Below, piece by piece: positions 24,168 through 34,697 of a stretch of 64,000 nucleotides of DNA. This DNA comes from Pseudobdellovibrionaceae bacterium (GTDB lineage: Bacteria > Bdellovibrionota > Bdellovibrionia > Bdellovibrionales > UBA1609), in the NCBI GenBank assembly GCA_018663505.1, contig JABJQG010000003.1:100883-164882 (forward strand). Direction: 5' to 3'. Position numbers and translations under genes: made by a program. Under the pieces are notes generated by a model that was not told the DNA's origin, made no database searches, and saw only the letters and a program-made list of their open reading frames with translations. Every line of letters begins with the position of its first letter. Position 1 is the first letter of the stretch.

Positions 24168-26519
24168 ATGTCTGATGAAGAAAAGAAACAACATTTGGAA
24201 GAGAATGAATCCACAGAATCTGAAATATCAGAGGAAGTGGTAGAGTCCGTTGTTGAAGAGTTATTAGATCCAGAAGATATGGAAATTAACATTCTTATGA
24301 TTGTTAGTGATCTGTCAAAGCAATCTAAAGTAGGTAGCTTTCTTGAAAGAAGAGGCTGGCCAACATCTGTGACAAAAAATCTAGGTGAAGCTATTCAAAT
24401 TTTATCTCAAACAGTACCTGATTTTATAATTGTATCTATGTCACATAACAATCCTAAAATTACTAAACTCCCAATTATTTTGGCACAAACTTTTAATTGT
24501 AGAGCTATTGTCTTTGGTGAAACATATGATTCACAAACTACAAAAAAATTAAATACCACAAAGTGTCCTCATGTTATGCATGAAGGAATGAGTGGCCCTT
24601 CTTTACAACGAAGAATAAAAAGAATTATTTTAGATTCAAGGAAAACGGATATTGCAGTAGAGAATAAATCTTTGAGTATGGATGATAATTCTACTGACAC
24701 TATAAATATTAAAGGCGGGAAACAGTTAAAATCCGAAGCTTTAAATACAACATCTTCTAGGCAAGGTCATCTTATTGGTTTAGAAGAATCAAAGAATAAC
24801 CAAAAAGCTATAGGTTATATGCCTGATCATAATAAAAATGAAGAAGGTAAAAGTGTAGATGCCATTGCAAATTTAATGAAGATGCTTGAGGAGGATGACC
24901 CTGATGAAGATTCAACAATTCATGATAATAATACAAAATCAGAAATGAATAACTATTCTGATGAAGCACACAGTACAAATCTATCACCTGATATGAAAAA
25001 TCAAACTCCATTATCACTGGAGGAACAAAAGAATCTAGAGAAAGAAGAAATTGATAAATTAAATAAAAATAGGTTCTCCTTTAATGATAAGGAAAAAAGT
25101 ACTGAAGGAAATACATCTGATCTTCAAGATAAGGACACTATTGAAAATGAAAACAGATTAGATTTTGATAAAAGCAAAAAAGCTAGTGTTGAACTTAATC
25201 TTGCAACAGAAGTTGAAAAAAAGAATAAGGATGAAAATAACCTAAATTTAGAAAAAAATAAAAATCACAAAGATGAGATTGATTTAGATCTCGAACAAGA
25301 TAAAAATTATCAAGACGAGTTAAATTTAGATAAATCTTCTTTGAAAAAAAATGGTGTACTACTTGAAGAAGGGGCCAGTGCAAATAAACATTTCGATATT
25401 CAGCAAGCGGATAATTTAGAGCGAAAAAATAATGATAATGAAGAACGAGGACTTGGTGATAATAAAAATTCGAAAAGTGATGAGAGTTCCTTAGCTAGCA
25501 ATAAAAACAATGGGAATTCCCAAGATCAAAACCAAGAACAACTTGCTGATAAAAAACAATTTGAAGAAAATAACTTAGCAAAATCTAGTTTAGATTTACA
25601 AAATTTATCAAAAAATAAAGTAGGAGACACCTCAAAAGAGAAAAAAAATAGCCTTGGTAAAAATCCTGATCAAGAGAATTCTCATAGAGCAATAGAGCAA
25701 ATAAACAATTTAGATATTGAAACTAAAGGCCAACTTGAAAAAGCAAAAAATTCTAATGAAGAAAAAGAAGTGGATCAGATACCAATTCTACACGATCGCG
25801 TTAGTGAAATCGAAAGAGGAATGAGAAATAAGGGAAACCTTTCCTCACATAAGAAAAAGTCACAGCTGTTAAAATCTCTGGAAATCGCAATGAAAAAATC
25901 ATGTTTACCGGGTAAACAATTGAATAAAAAAATTGGGTTTGTTAAAAATTTATGGGTAATCTTACTACGCTCGGAGCAGGTAACAGGCTATCTTACTCTT
26001 TCGGCTCCTTACAGTGGCTTAGATATTTATGATTATCTAAATAGTTTTAGATCAACACTTATTCAAGAATTAACTTTCAGAAATGTAAAGATGTCTGTGG
26101 ATACAGTGATGAAAGTCCCAGTTAAAGGGGTAGATTACGTACATTGGATGGATAACAAATCCGACTGTAGTTTGTTAGGCCGACATAAGGATTTTGAAAT
26201 TGGAGCCGCTTTTTTTGATAATGAAGATATTATTATAGAAGAGGGAACAACCTTTAAAGGAAAAACGGCTATTGATTTATCTAAAATCAGGCCTAATGAA
26301 AATTTAGAATTTCCAGCATATATTTTTCTAGAAAAAAATAACAAATATTATAAGTACCTTAAAAAAGGTCGAAAACTAATGGACCAGCAAAAAGATCGTC
26401 TTTTAGAAAAGCAAGTTACGGATTTACATATTGATATTAAAGATTTCGAAATCTATAAAAGCTATTATGCGGAAAATGAGTTAAATAATATGATTGATGG
26501 ATATAAGAAAGTAGCTTAG
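24168..26519 (+). CDS. Hypothetical protein: receiver-like N-domain, long acidic/Asn-rich linker, C-terminal globular region
   Basis: NILMIVSD...AIQILSQTVPDFIIVS has a REC-like pattern; GAGGA RBS. Confidence 0.7.
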   Translation: MSDEEKKQHLEENESTESEISEEVVESVVEELLDPEDMEINILMIVSDLSKQSKVGSFLERRGWPTSVTKNLGEAIQILSQTVPDFIIVSMSHNNPKITKLPIILAQTFNCRAIVFGETYDSQTTKKLNTTKCPHVMHEGMSGPSLQRRIKRIILDSRKTDIAVENKSLSMDDNSTDTINIKGGKQLKSEALNTTSSRQGHLIGLEESKNNQKAIGYMPDHNKNEEGKSVDAIANLMKMLEEDDPDEDSTIHDNNTKSEMNNYSDEAHSTNLSPDMKNQTPLSLEEQKNLEKEEIDKLNKNRFSFNDKEKSTEGNTSDLQDKDTIENENRLDFDKSKKASVELNLATEVEKKNKDENNLNLEKNKNHKDEIDLDLEQDKNYQDELNLDKSSLKKNGVLLEEGASANKHFDIQQADNLERKNNDNEERGLGDNKNSKSDESSLASNKNNGNSQDQNQEQLADKKQFEENNLAKSSLDLQNLSKNKVGDTSKEKKNSLGKNPDQENSHRAIEQINNLDIETKGQLEKAKNSNEEKEVDQIPILHDRVSEIERGMRNKGNLSSHKKKSQLLKSLEIAMKKSCLPGKQLNKKIGFVKNLWVILLRSEQVTGYLTLSAPYSGLDIYDYLNSFRSTLIQELTFRNVKMSVDTVMKVPVKGVDYVHWMDNKSDCSLLGRHKDFEIGAAFFDNEDIIIEEGTTFKGKTAIDLSKIRPNENLEFPAYIFLEKNNKYYKYLKKGRKLMDQQKDRLLEKQVTDLHIDIKDFEIYKSYYAENELNNMIDGYKKVA

Positions 26520-26586
26520 CCAAGCCAAAAATGCAAATGTACATACAAACACAACGGTTTTATTTTAAGAATATAATACCATTGTA

Positions 26587-27972
26587 TTATAGCAGTGGAC
26601 TAACTACGTCCTCAAATTCTTTTCTAATAGTAGCTAAAGAGGCTTCGTTTGTTGATTCGAACCTGAGTACAAGAACTGGTTGTGTATTTGAAGCTCTAGC
26701 GAGAGCCCACCCGTCCTTAAAACTTACTCTAACACCATCCTGAAAATTTGCTAAATAATCTACAGAAGTAAGTTTATATTTTTCTTTAAGGGCATTGACG
26801 ATTTCAACTTTTTTCTCTTCAGTGGTGTCCACCCTAATTTCTGGTGTATTATATACTTTTGGAAGGTCTGCTAGGAGTTCAGAAATTGTTTTGTTAGTTT
26901 CAGAAAGGATTTCTATAAGCCTAAGGCCTGCATATAGTGCATCATCATAACCATAGTTTCTATCTGCAAAGAAAATATGACCACTGAGTTCACCGCCAAA
27001 AGGTGACTCCTCAGTTTTAATTTTTTCTTTAATTAAACTGTGGCCAGTTTTCCACATAATCGGTATCCCACCAGATTTTTCAACGTCAGCATAAAGGCGG
27101 TCGGAGCATTTAACGTCACCAATAATTTTCGCACCCTTGTAGTCCTTCTTATTTAAGATATAGCGACTATATAAAATTAAAAGCTCATCACCAAAAATCA
27201 TTTTTCCTTCATTGTCCACAACCCCAATTCTGTCGGCGTCTCCATCAAAGCCTATTCCAGCAATAGCGTCAGATTTTAAAACAGCTTCTTTTAAATGTTT
27301 AAGATTTTTTTCTACAGTTGGATCTGGATGATGGTTTGGAAAGGTACCATCAGGTTGTTCAAATAAAATTTCAGGATCTTGTCCTGCCACTTTATAGAGT
27401 TCCCTAGCTATACAGCCAGCAGCACCGTTTCCACAATCTAACACTATTGGCATTTTTTTAAGATTAGAAAATTCCTTTTTGTATTTTTCAAGATATTGAG
27501 GAAAGATATTAAAGTCTTCAGCAGAGCCATTGGATTGTAAATAGTCTTGAGAAGTTATAATTTTTTCTAAAGTTTTAATGTCATTACCATGTATTGTTGT
27601 TTTGCCCACAGAAATTTTAAAACCATTAAACTCTGGTGGATTGTGACTACCGGTAACCATAAACGCACCCTCTATGTTCTCTAGCTCAAAAGTAGAAAAA
27701 TATGAAATTGGTGAGGTAATTAGTCCTAAGCGTATGACATGCCCGCCGGAGGACACAATGCCTTCTTCAAGGGCTTGAGCAATACTAGGGCTAGATAGAC
27801 GAGCATCATACCCTATGGTTATACGTGGATTTTTGTTATTATTTGTTTTAGAAATAAAACTAACAAGGGCTTTTCCTAAATGTGTCGCAAACTCTAAATC
27901 AAAGTCAGAGTCGAATACACCGCGTATATCATATTCTCGAAATATTACTGATGACATTTTAAAAGAATTCAT
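26587..27972 (-). CDS. Phosphomannomutase/phosphoglucomutase (AlgC-like)
   Basis: FREYDIRG, TGSHNP, FDGDADR, GELSGH, RASNTQP. Confidence 0.95.
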   Translation of the reverse strand: MNSFKMSSVIFREYDIRGVFDSDFDLEFATHLGKALVSFISKTNNNKNPRITIGYDARLSSPSIAQALEEGIVSSGGHVIRLGLITSPISYFSTFELENIEGAFMVTGSHNPPEFNGFKISVGKTTIHGNDIKTLEKIITSQDYLQSNGSAEDFNIFPQYLEKYKKEFSNLKKMPIVLDCGNGAAGCIARELYKVAGQDPEILFEQPDGTFPNHHPDPTVEKNLKHLKEAVLKSDAIAGIGFDGDADRIGVVDNEGKMIFGDELLILYSRYILNKKDYKGAKIIGDVKCSDRLYADVEKSGGIPIMWKTGHSLIKEKIKTEESPFGGELSGHIFFADRNYGYDDALYAGLRLIEILSETNKTISELLADLPKVYNTPEIRVDTTEEKKVEIVNALKEKYKLTSVDYLANFQDGVRVSFKDGWALARASNTQPVLVLRFESTNEASLATIRKEFEDVVSPLL

Positions 27973-27981
27973 TACATCTCC

Positions 27982-28941
27982 TTAGGTAAAATTAAGCTCA
28001 ACGGCCTTTGAAATTGCTAGTTTCATTGATTCTGGATTTGCACAGTCAGTATCAAAGATATCTGTAGCTGTTCCATGATCCACACTAGTTCGTATAAAAG
28101 GCAATCCTAAAGTTACTTGGATTCCACTATTTTGTCCATGGATTAGTTTAAAAGGGATGAGCCCTTGATCATGATAAAGAGAGATATAAAAAGAATAATT
28201 CTGCCAATATTTTTCCTGAAAAGCTACGTCAGGCACCAGAGGGCCTTGAACATCTTCTCCACTATATTTTGCCAGAGTGGGTATGATTATTTTAGTTTCC
28301 TCTTCACCCAGCAAGCCTCCCTCCCCAGCATGAGGATTTAGACCTATAAAACCAATTGGTTTTGTTTTATTAGAGCCTGTGAGTAGAGATCTATATTTTA
28401 ATGCGGTAATAATGGTGTGGTCTAGTTCTTCTGGATTAAGATGGTTTCTGATTTGAGAAATAGGTATATGGTGAGTATGTAAGATTAAGTTGAATTTATT
28501 TCCTAAAAAACACATTTTTAATTTTTCTTCTTGGAAGTTATTTTGTAATATTTCTGTGTGGCCAAGAGGGGAATGAGAAAGGCACGCTGTGGAGGCTTTT
28601 GAAATAGGCCCCGTAATAATACTATTAATATTATTACTAGGGTCTTTGGCCAGGTTAACTGAACTACTAAACCACTCAGCAGCAGAATCTGTGTTCAAAA
28701 CTTCTATAACAGAGTTAAGTGGTAAATCTTGAAAATTTAATGCCTCTTGTAAATTGTTAAAACGATACACATGGTAGTTATCTTGGAGCATTTTAGTATA
28801 TTTTTCCGAAGCATGGGAATGTCTCAAAATATAAAAATTGCAGTTGTTAGGTAACTTAAGTCCACAAAGAGCTTTAACAGTGATTTCATAACCAATACTA
28901 TTGGCATCACCTGAGGTAATTATATAGTTTTGCTTTTGCAT
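27982..28941 (-). CDS. pdxA: PdxA-family dehydrogenase
   Basis: GHTE, GLNPHAGEGG, YHDQGLIPFK, RTSVDHGTA; downstream of surA. Confidence 0.9.
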   Translation of the reverse strand: MQKQNYIITSGDANSIGYEITVKALCGLKLPNNCNFYILRHSHASEKYTKMLQDNYHVYRFNNLQEALNFQDLPLNSVIEVLNTDSAAEWFSSSVNLAKDPSNNINSIITGPISKASTACLSHSPLGHTEILQNNFQEEKLKMCFLGNKFNLILHTHHIPISQIRNHLNPEELDHTIITALKYRSLLTGSNKTKPIGFIGLNPHAGEGGLLGEEETKIIIPTLAKYSGEDVQGPLVPDVAFQEKYWQNYSFYISLYHDQGLIPFKLIHGQNSGIQVTLGLPFIRTSVDHGTATDIFDTDCANPESMKLAISKAVELNFT

Positions 28942-28957
28942 AGCAGATATATATAGC

Positions 28958-29917
28958 TTAATTAATTTTAATGAAAGCTGTTTTTCTTTTATTATCAAGC
29001 CAGTCTCTAAAGCGTTGTTTAAAGTACTTTGCCATAAGTTTTCCGCGAATTTCATTTTTTTGTCGCGTTATTTTCGGATTTTCTATTAAAGATTTTTTTA
29101 ATAATTTAACAATATGATGGCCAATTTTAGTTTTAATGATACCCGAAGATTCTCCCACAGGAAGAGATACGACAACACTTTCTATTTCTTTAAGCATTTC
29201 GCCTGTTTTAAGTTTACCCAGAAGGCCACCGCTAGTAAAATTTGGGTCTTCACTGTATTTAGTTGCAAGGTCTTCAAAAGAATTTGAATTTGATTTTAAT
29301 TTTTTTAATATTCCAGCTATACGTTCTTTTGCATTTTCTTCAGTATGTTTAGAATCAAGAACTAAGATGTGAGAAATTGTATATTCAAAAAAATTAGATT
29401 TTGAGCCATATTTAGAAGTATAAAAAGCAATAAGGTCATCGTCGGAAATTTTAATTTTTTCTGTTATTTGTTGGCTGATAAGAGCTTGGCGTTGGATACT
29501 TTTTTTCATAAAATCTTGGTATTCTGAAAAATTAACACCTTTCTGTGAAAGAGTGCTTTTTAGCTGTTTTCGTGAAATACCATTAGATTGTGTAATTTTT
29601 CGAATCTCTTGCTCTACACGTTCAAAAGTCACTTCTAAATTTTTTGATTTGACCTCTGAGTCCATAATTTTTTCATCGATAAGAAAATTAACAATTTTTT
29701 TATTATTTGTAAGCAAATCTTCGGAGGTATTCATTTCTAGAAGGGCCGAATTAACAAGTCCTCCGGATTTAATATTTTTCTTAAATTTATGGATATCACT
29801 TAAAGTTATAATTTCATTATTTACAACGGCAACAATTTTTTCGATTACTTTAGCCGTTCCTGTAGTAGAAAAGGTAACACCTAAAAGAACTAGCAATGTA
29901 ATATTTAAACGTTTCAT
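28958..29917 (-). CDS. surA: SurA-like periplasmic chaperone/PPIase
   Basis: IVAVVNNEIITLSD SurA N-domain plus one PpiC domain. Confidence 0.85.
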   Translation of the reverse strand: MKRLNITLLVLLGVTFSTTGTAKVIEKIVAVVNNEIITLSDIHKFKKNIKSGGLVNSALLEMNTSEDLLTNNKKIVNFLIDEKIMDSEVKSKNLEVTFERVEQEIRKITQSNGISRKQLKSTLSQKGVNFSEYQDFMKKSIQRQALISQQITEKIKISDDDLIAFYTSKYGSKSNFFEYTISHILVLDSKHTEENAKERIAGILKKLKSNSNSFEDLATKYSEDPNFTSGGLLGKLKTGEMLKEIESVVVSLPVGESSGIIKTKIGHHIVKLLKKSLIENPKITRQKNEIRGKLMAKYFKQRFRDWLDNKRKTAFIKIN

Positions 29918-30873
29918 AATTGATTCCCCAGAGTTTCAATTTTAATTTTTGAAATAAGTTTTTCATCTTGATAAATATTCGTTTTTCGGATTTGTTCCTC
30001 AAGCCAAGAGGCGTATAAGGCTTGCATTTTATTTCTTTTCAAAATGCCAGTTATTTTTTCTTTTGAATCTATGAATTTTTTTTGTTTTTTGTTTTTCTTA
30101 TCAAGTATTTTAATAATTTGGTAGCCGAAGTCACTTTTAATAATACCAGAAGTATAGCCTTTTGGCTTGTAAATATAAGCTTCAAAGACATCTGTGCTTC
30201 CAGCGGGTATCCAACCCAAAATACCACCATTTTCTGGCCCCTCTGGTCCCATAGAATGTTTTTTAGCATACTTTGTGAAATCAGCACCTTTTTTTAATTT
30301 TTTTCTGATAAGTTCTGCATCTGCTCTGGTAGAGAGTAAAATTTGTTGAACTTTAATGGAAGCAGGTGAAATGAATAACTTTTTATTGTTTTTATAGAAG
30401 GATTTTAGTTCTGCATTAGATGGCATATGGTGAGGTTTAAATAAACTATTTTGTACTTTCTTTTGTAATAAAAGTTTTCTTATATTCCGTTTCCAGTCTT
30501 CATAAATAATTTTTTCTTTTAGCAAAGTTGATCTAAAGGCGTACTCATCTGGAAACTGTTTTAATAGGATTTCCATCTCTTGATTGAGTTCATTAGGCGT
30601 CAGTATAATATTTTTTTTTTTGGCCCAATCATCTGTAAGTACATCAATAATAAACTCTCGAACAATATGATCTTTAGCTCTTTTGATATAGCTTCCGCTT
30701 TTAAGTGTAATTAAGTCATATTGTTTAAGCTTAGATGCCAGTCTATGTGAAAAATCTGACACAGAGAGCTGAGAGGTATTTACCTGTAACACGGTAGCAT
30801 CTTTAATCTTTTCAGAAGAAAAATTGCATGCAGTTAGAAAAATTGCAGTGGTTATAAAAAATAAATACTTCAT
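29914..30873 (-). CDS. PpiC-type PPIase lipoprotein
   Basis: Lipobox LTAC; AKKHSMGPE...GGILGW...SDFGYQII. Confidence 0.85.
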   Translation of the reverse strand: MKYLFFITTAIFLTACNFSSEKIKDATVLQVNTSQLSVSDFSHRLASKLKQYDLITLKSGSYIKRAKDHIVREFIIDVLTDDWAKKKNIILTPNELNQEMEILLKQFPDEYAFRSTLLKEKIIYEDWKRNIRKLLLQKKVQNSLFKPHHMPSNAELKSFYKNNKKLFISPASIKVQQILLSTRADAELIRKKLKKGADFTKYAKKHSMGPEGPENGGILGWIPAGSTDVFEAYIYKPKGYTSGIIKSDFGYQIIKILDKKNKKQKKFIDSKEKITGILKRNKMQALYASWLEEQIRKTNIYQDEKLISKIKIETLGNQL

Positions 30874-30878
30874 ATTAA

Positions 30879-31688
30879 TTATAAGTTTCGGATTAATTTT
30901 TTATTTTTCGACACTTTGTATTTTCTTTTTGTTTTACTAAAAAGCTGATCAAATATTTTTTTTCTTTTAAGTTCAAATACGATGGATTTAATTTGGCGAC
31001 GGTCTGCATCTTTAAATTTTCTTCTACCTGTAAGTTTAAGAATATGAAAACCGTATTTTGTTTCTACAAGGCCCTTAATTTGTCCAATTTTCATTTTTAA
31101 AGCTGTGTTGTAGTAGTCGGGTAATGCAGTAACCATAGATTGATATCCCAAGTCTCCACCAGCAGCTTTTGTGAAAGTGTCATCTGAATATAAATTTACT
31201 AATTTTTTAAATGCTCGTTTACTTTTTTTAACAATACTGTAAATTTCTTGTGCTCTTTTTTTAGCAATTGCACGCTCTTTTTTTGTAGCATTGAGTTTGA
31301 TATTTATTACTATATGGCTAGTCCTTAACTCCGGTGTTTTCTTATATTGTTTACGCATTTCTTTTTCAGTAATAGTGATATCTTTAACCTTAGAACCAAT
31401 TTCTTTTTCTATGTAATATCCATATATTTGATGTCGAATAGCTTCTTGAACTTCTGGTGAATTTTCGACTTTTTTCTTTTTAGCTTCCATTAGTCCAACT
31501 TCGAATCGAATGAGATCTTCAAGAAATTGTTCAGCAGTTGGAGGGTTAAGCAGCTCCTGCGACTGTCTGTATTTAGTTTTAAATTCCTTTAATGTAATTT
31601 TCTTCTTTCCAACAGTGGCTACCACTTGTGCCATTGAGGTAACAGCAAATAGAAAAACAAATAGACTAGATAAAATTAGTTTCAACAT
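30879..31688 (-). CDS. PpiC-type PPIase
   Basis: Signal peptide; SHIVI, YSDD, GGDLGY, TKYGFHILK. Confidence 0.88.
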   Translation of the reverse strand: MLKLILSSLFVFLFAVTSMAQVVATVGKKKITLKEFKTKYRQSQELLNPPTAEQFLEDLIRFEVGLMEAKKKKVENSPEVQEAIRHQIYGYYIEKEIGSKVKDITITEKEMRKQYKKTPELRTSHIVINIKLNATKKERAIAKKRAQEIYSIVKKSKRAFKKLVNLYSDDTFTKAAGGDLGYQSMVTALPDYYNTALKMKIGQIKGLVETKYGFHILKLTGRRKFKDADRRQIKSIVFELKRKKIFDQLFSKTKRKYKVSKNKKLIRNL

Positions 31689-31737
31689 ACAAACTCCTTC
31701 AAACAGGGGAAATACCGCGTTGCGATAAGGCTATCAT

Positions 31738-32397
31738 TTAATGATTAGGGCTTTCAATGAGTTTGCAAGCCTGCCTTCTTGCGTTAAACAGTTGCAGCTC
31801 AAGCTTTTCTGCTAGCTCCTTAGATTTAGGATCTTGGCTTTTTTCTACTGTGGTCATTGGTTGTAAAATTGTTACCTGGATTGTTGAAAATGGTTTAGGT
31901 AAAATAGCTTTATTCCATGACTTGTTAGAAACAAATTTTTGTTCTGCATAGACACCTAGAGTGAAAATAGGTGAATGAGTGAGTCTTGAGAGTTCAAAAA
32001 CTCCAGGTTTAGCCTTATGGATAGGGCCTCTAGGTCCGTCAACTGCAATTGAGGTAGAATAGCCAGATTTTTTCATAAGTCGGATTAAGCCTTTAAGGGC
32101 GCCAATACTTCCTCTTGACGATGAGCCGCGAGAGGTAGCACCACCTAATTTAGAGTACATGAGATTCATGATTTCTCCATCTTTACTTTTTGAAACCATT
32201 GTGGCTAATTTGTACTTGGTTACTAAATACAAAAGAGCTAATTCATCTCCATGAAAATGGGCTAAGATAAATGGTTGATTAGATTTTAAAGCCGCTTGAA
32301 AATCAGGCCCTTCATGCACTCTATATTTCCATGTGATCATCAGTAGTCGATAAATCCAATAGATAATAAGTGCTTTAAGTTTTGCTCCAAAGGTCAT
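31738..32397 (-). CDS. DUF374 / lysophospholipid acyltransferase-family protein
   Basis: FHG, SKSKDGE, RGSSSRG, VDGPRGP, SW..AILPKPF. Confidence 0.88.
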   Translation of the reverse strand: MTFGAKLKALIIYWIYRLLMITWKYRVHEGPDFQAALKSNQPFILAHFHGDELALLYLVTKYKLATMVSKSKDGEIMNLMYSKLGGATSRGSSSRGSIGALKGLIRLMKKSGYSTSIAVDGPRGPIHKAKPGVFELSRLTHSPIFTLGVYAEQKFVSNKSWNKAILPKPFSTIQVTILQPMTTVEKSQDPKSKELAEKLELQLFNARRQACKLIESPNH

Positions 32398-32425
32398 TTA
32401 GATTTAATTAAAAATATACTATATA

Positions 32426-33391
32426 TTAAAGTATATTTTTAAACTCTTCTGTTAGTTTAGGCACAACGTCAAAAACATCGCCAACTATACCATAAGTTGA
32501 TTTTTTAAATATGGGAGCATCGGGATCTTTATTAATGGCAACAATTACCTTTGAACCGGTTAAACCCGCAATATGCTGGATGGCACCTGAGATTCCACAG
32601 GCGATATATAAAGTAGGAGCAACTGTTTTCCCTGTTTGTCCAACTTGCATGCCATGTGTGCACCAACCAGAATCTACAATAGCACGAGAAGCACCCAAAG
32701 TAGCTCCGAGAGTATCAGCCAAAGGTTCAAGCAAGCTATAATAGCTATCTTTATCTTTTAGGCCCCGTCCACCTGAAACAATAATATTAGCCTCAGTAAG
32801 ATCTAGTTTTTCAGAGGTTCCTTTTACGATTTCCTTAATTAAAGTTTTCAGATCTATTTGAGGAGCGGTAATAACTACAACCTCTGAAGATAAAGCTGTG
32901 TCAGCATCGTTTACAGGAAGTTGATTCGCGCGCATGAGAATTATTTTAGGGCCAGAAGTTTTAAAATCCACCTGGGCAGTACATTTACCAGCATATAATG
33001 CGCGGCGAACGGTGACATTGCCTCCAGATATTTCAAGTTCATGGCAGTCATTTGCAACTGCAGAGTTAGTTTTAACAGCGACTCTTGGAAAAAGGTCTTT
33101 TGCTAACATACTAGATGAAGCTAATACAATTTCAGCACCTGATTGCTGAATTATATCTGCCATAACATGAGTATAGCTTTCGGAGTTATAGTTAGAAAAA
33201 TCATCGCTTTCTAAAACAAATGATTTTGCAGCTCCATAGTGGGCTGACTGTTGAGCCATGTCCTGAGCTCCTTTTCCGATTATGGCACTCATAACTTCTG
33301 CACCAGAATTTTTAGCAATACTCAGGAGCTCCAAAGCTCCCTTTTTTATTAGACCATTATTGAATTCACAAAACACTAAAATTTTACTCAT
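32426..33391 (-). CDS. etfA: Electron transfer flavoprotein alpha
   Basis: VSGGRG, QVGQTGKTV, GISGAIQH, AINKDPDAPIF. Confidence 0.96.
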   Translation of the reverse strand: MSKILVFCEFNNGLIKKGALELLSIAKNSGAEVMSAIIGKGAQDMAQQSAHYGAAKSFVLESDDFSNYNSESYTHVMADIIQQSGAEIVLASSSMLAKDLFPRVAVKTNSAVANDCHELEISGGNVTVRRALYAGKCTAQVDFKTSGPKIILMRANQLPVNDADTALSSEVVVITAPQIDLKTLIKEIVKGTSEKLDLTEANIIVSGGRGLKDKDSYYSLLEPLADTLGATLGASRAIVDSGWCTHGMQVGQTGKTVAPTLYIACGISGAIQHIAGLTGSKVIVAINKDPDAPIFKKSTYGIVGDVFDVVPKLTEEFKNIL

Positions 33392-33401
33392 TTTTATCTC
33401 C

Positions 33402-34184
33402 TTATATAACTTTGGCAGAATTTCTTAATAAACTAACAAGTTCTTTGGCTTGAGCGGGGGCTTCGCCATCTATCATTTGTACTGGGGGCTTTTCCGCAGG
33501 GAGTTGAAAAGCGCTATACGAAAGAGCGCCATCTTCTTCTGAGATGCCAAGGTCAGACAGGTTGATTTCTTTCAAAGGTTTTTTCTTTGCTTTCATTATG
33601 CCGGGCAAGGATGCGTAACGAGGGGTATTTAGCCCTTTGTTTGCGGCAACAACATTAGATCCTTTAAGTTGAATAACTTCAAAACTACCACCCTCAACTT
33701 CACGTTGAACAGTGGTTTCAGCGCCAGTGGTTTCAAATTTGGATACCACTGTGGCATGAGGTAGGTTTAAGTGTTCAGCTAACATTTGACTTACTGAGGA
33801 GTTGTTAAAATCGATGGCTAGTTTGCCGGTAAAAATTTGAGTATTATCTGTTTTGCCTTCTTGTTCAATAGTTTTAGCTAGGGCTTTTGCTGTGAGATTT
33901 GGGGCTAAATAATCTGGCCCGTCCACTAAGATCGCATCATCGGCGCCCATGGCAAGAGCTGTTCTTAGGGCTTCAGTGGTTCTTTTTTTAGGCCCGACAC
34001 TAATTATAGTAACTTTTGAGCCTTCTTGTGAAGTTTTAAGCTTTATGGCTTCTTCAACTGCATTTTCATCGTAAGGGTTCATGACCCATTTTACTGCAGC
34101 TGTGTCTATAAAAGAAGCATCGCTATTAAGCTTAATTTTAGATTCCGTATCTGGCACTTGTTTTATACAAACATAAATATTCAT
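33402..34184 (-). CDS. etfB: Electron transfer flavoprotein beta
   Basis: CIKQVPD, NPYDENAVEEA, ALAMGAD, PRYASLPGIMKAKKK. Confidence 0.96.
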   Translation of the reverse strand: MNIYVCIKQVPDTESKIKLNSDASFIDTAAVKWVMNPYDENAVEEAIKLKTSQEGSKVTIISVGPKKRTTEALRTALAMGADDAILVDGPDYLAPNLTAKALAKTIEQEGKTDNTQIFTGKLAIDFNNSSVSQMLAEHLNLPHATVVSKFETTGAETTVQREVEGGSFEVIQLKGSNVVAANKGLNTPRYASLPGIMKAKKKPLKEINLSDLGISEEDGALSYSAFQLPAEKPPVQMIDGEAPAQAKELVSLLRNSAKVI

Positions 34185-34697
34185 ATTTACCTCATGTGTT
34201 TGGAAAGAGTATGTTTAAAGTAAAAAGTAGGCCTAATATATAAGCTTTTTAAGGAAAATAAAAGAAGTTTATGAGAAGGCTGGTGTATTATATTTTAGAT
34301 CCTCTGATTGTGTTTTAAAATAAGCTCAAGCAGAAGGCTAAAGTTGCAAGAACTTTTGAAATGTAGAGGGTTTAATTTTGGGAAATGAAATTAATTGTTT
34401 GTTGTCCTAAGATATTAAATTTTACATAGAGTTTTTAAAGAAGGCATTTACTGCTTTGGCTTTATTAGATTTAAGATAGACAAAAGGTAATATTTGTCAT
34501 GTTCTTGAAGAGGAGAGGTTAACCACAAAAAAATCTGCATTAAGTTTACCCATATTTAAAAGATAAAGTTTAAACAGTTAGGGTCAAAGGTCCTGGTAAA
34601 AAATAAAATTTATGAAAGCAAAAAAAAATCATTATGGACAGCCAGCAATATTCGAGTTAATTTAACACACATAAATTACATTATAGAGGTTATAAAC

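Noticed and set aside
26531-26743. 70-aa plus-strand ORF after the 783-aa gene
   Set aside because: Mostly antisense to the phosphomannomutase 3' end; no RBS or motif
30611-30621. A11 tract (minus strand) in the PPIase lipoprotein gene as a phase-variation site
   Set aside because: The frame is intact and Lys-codon A-runs are frequent in this AT-rich sequence
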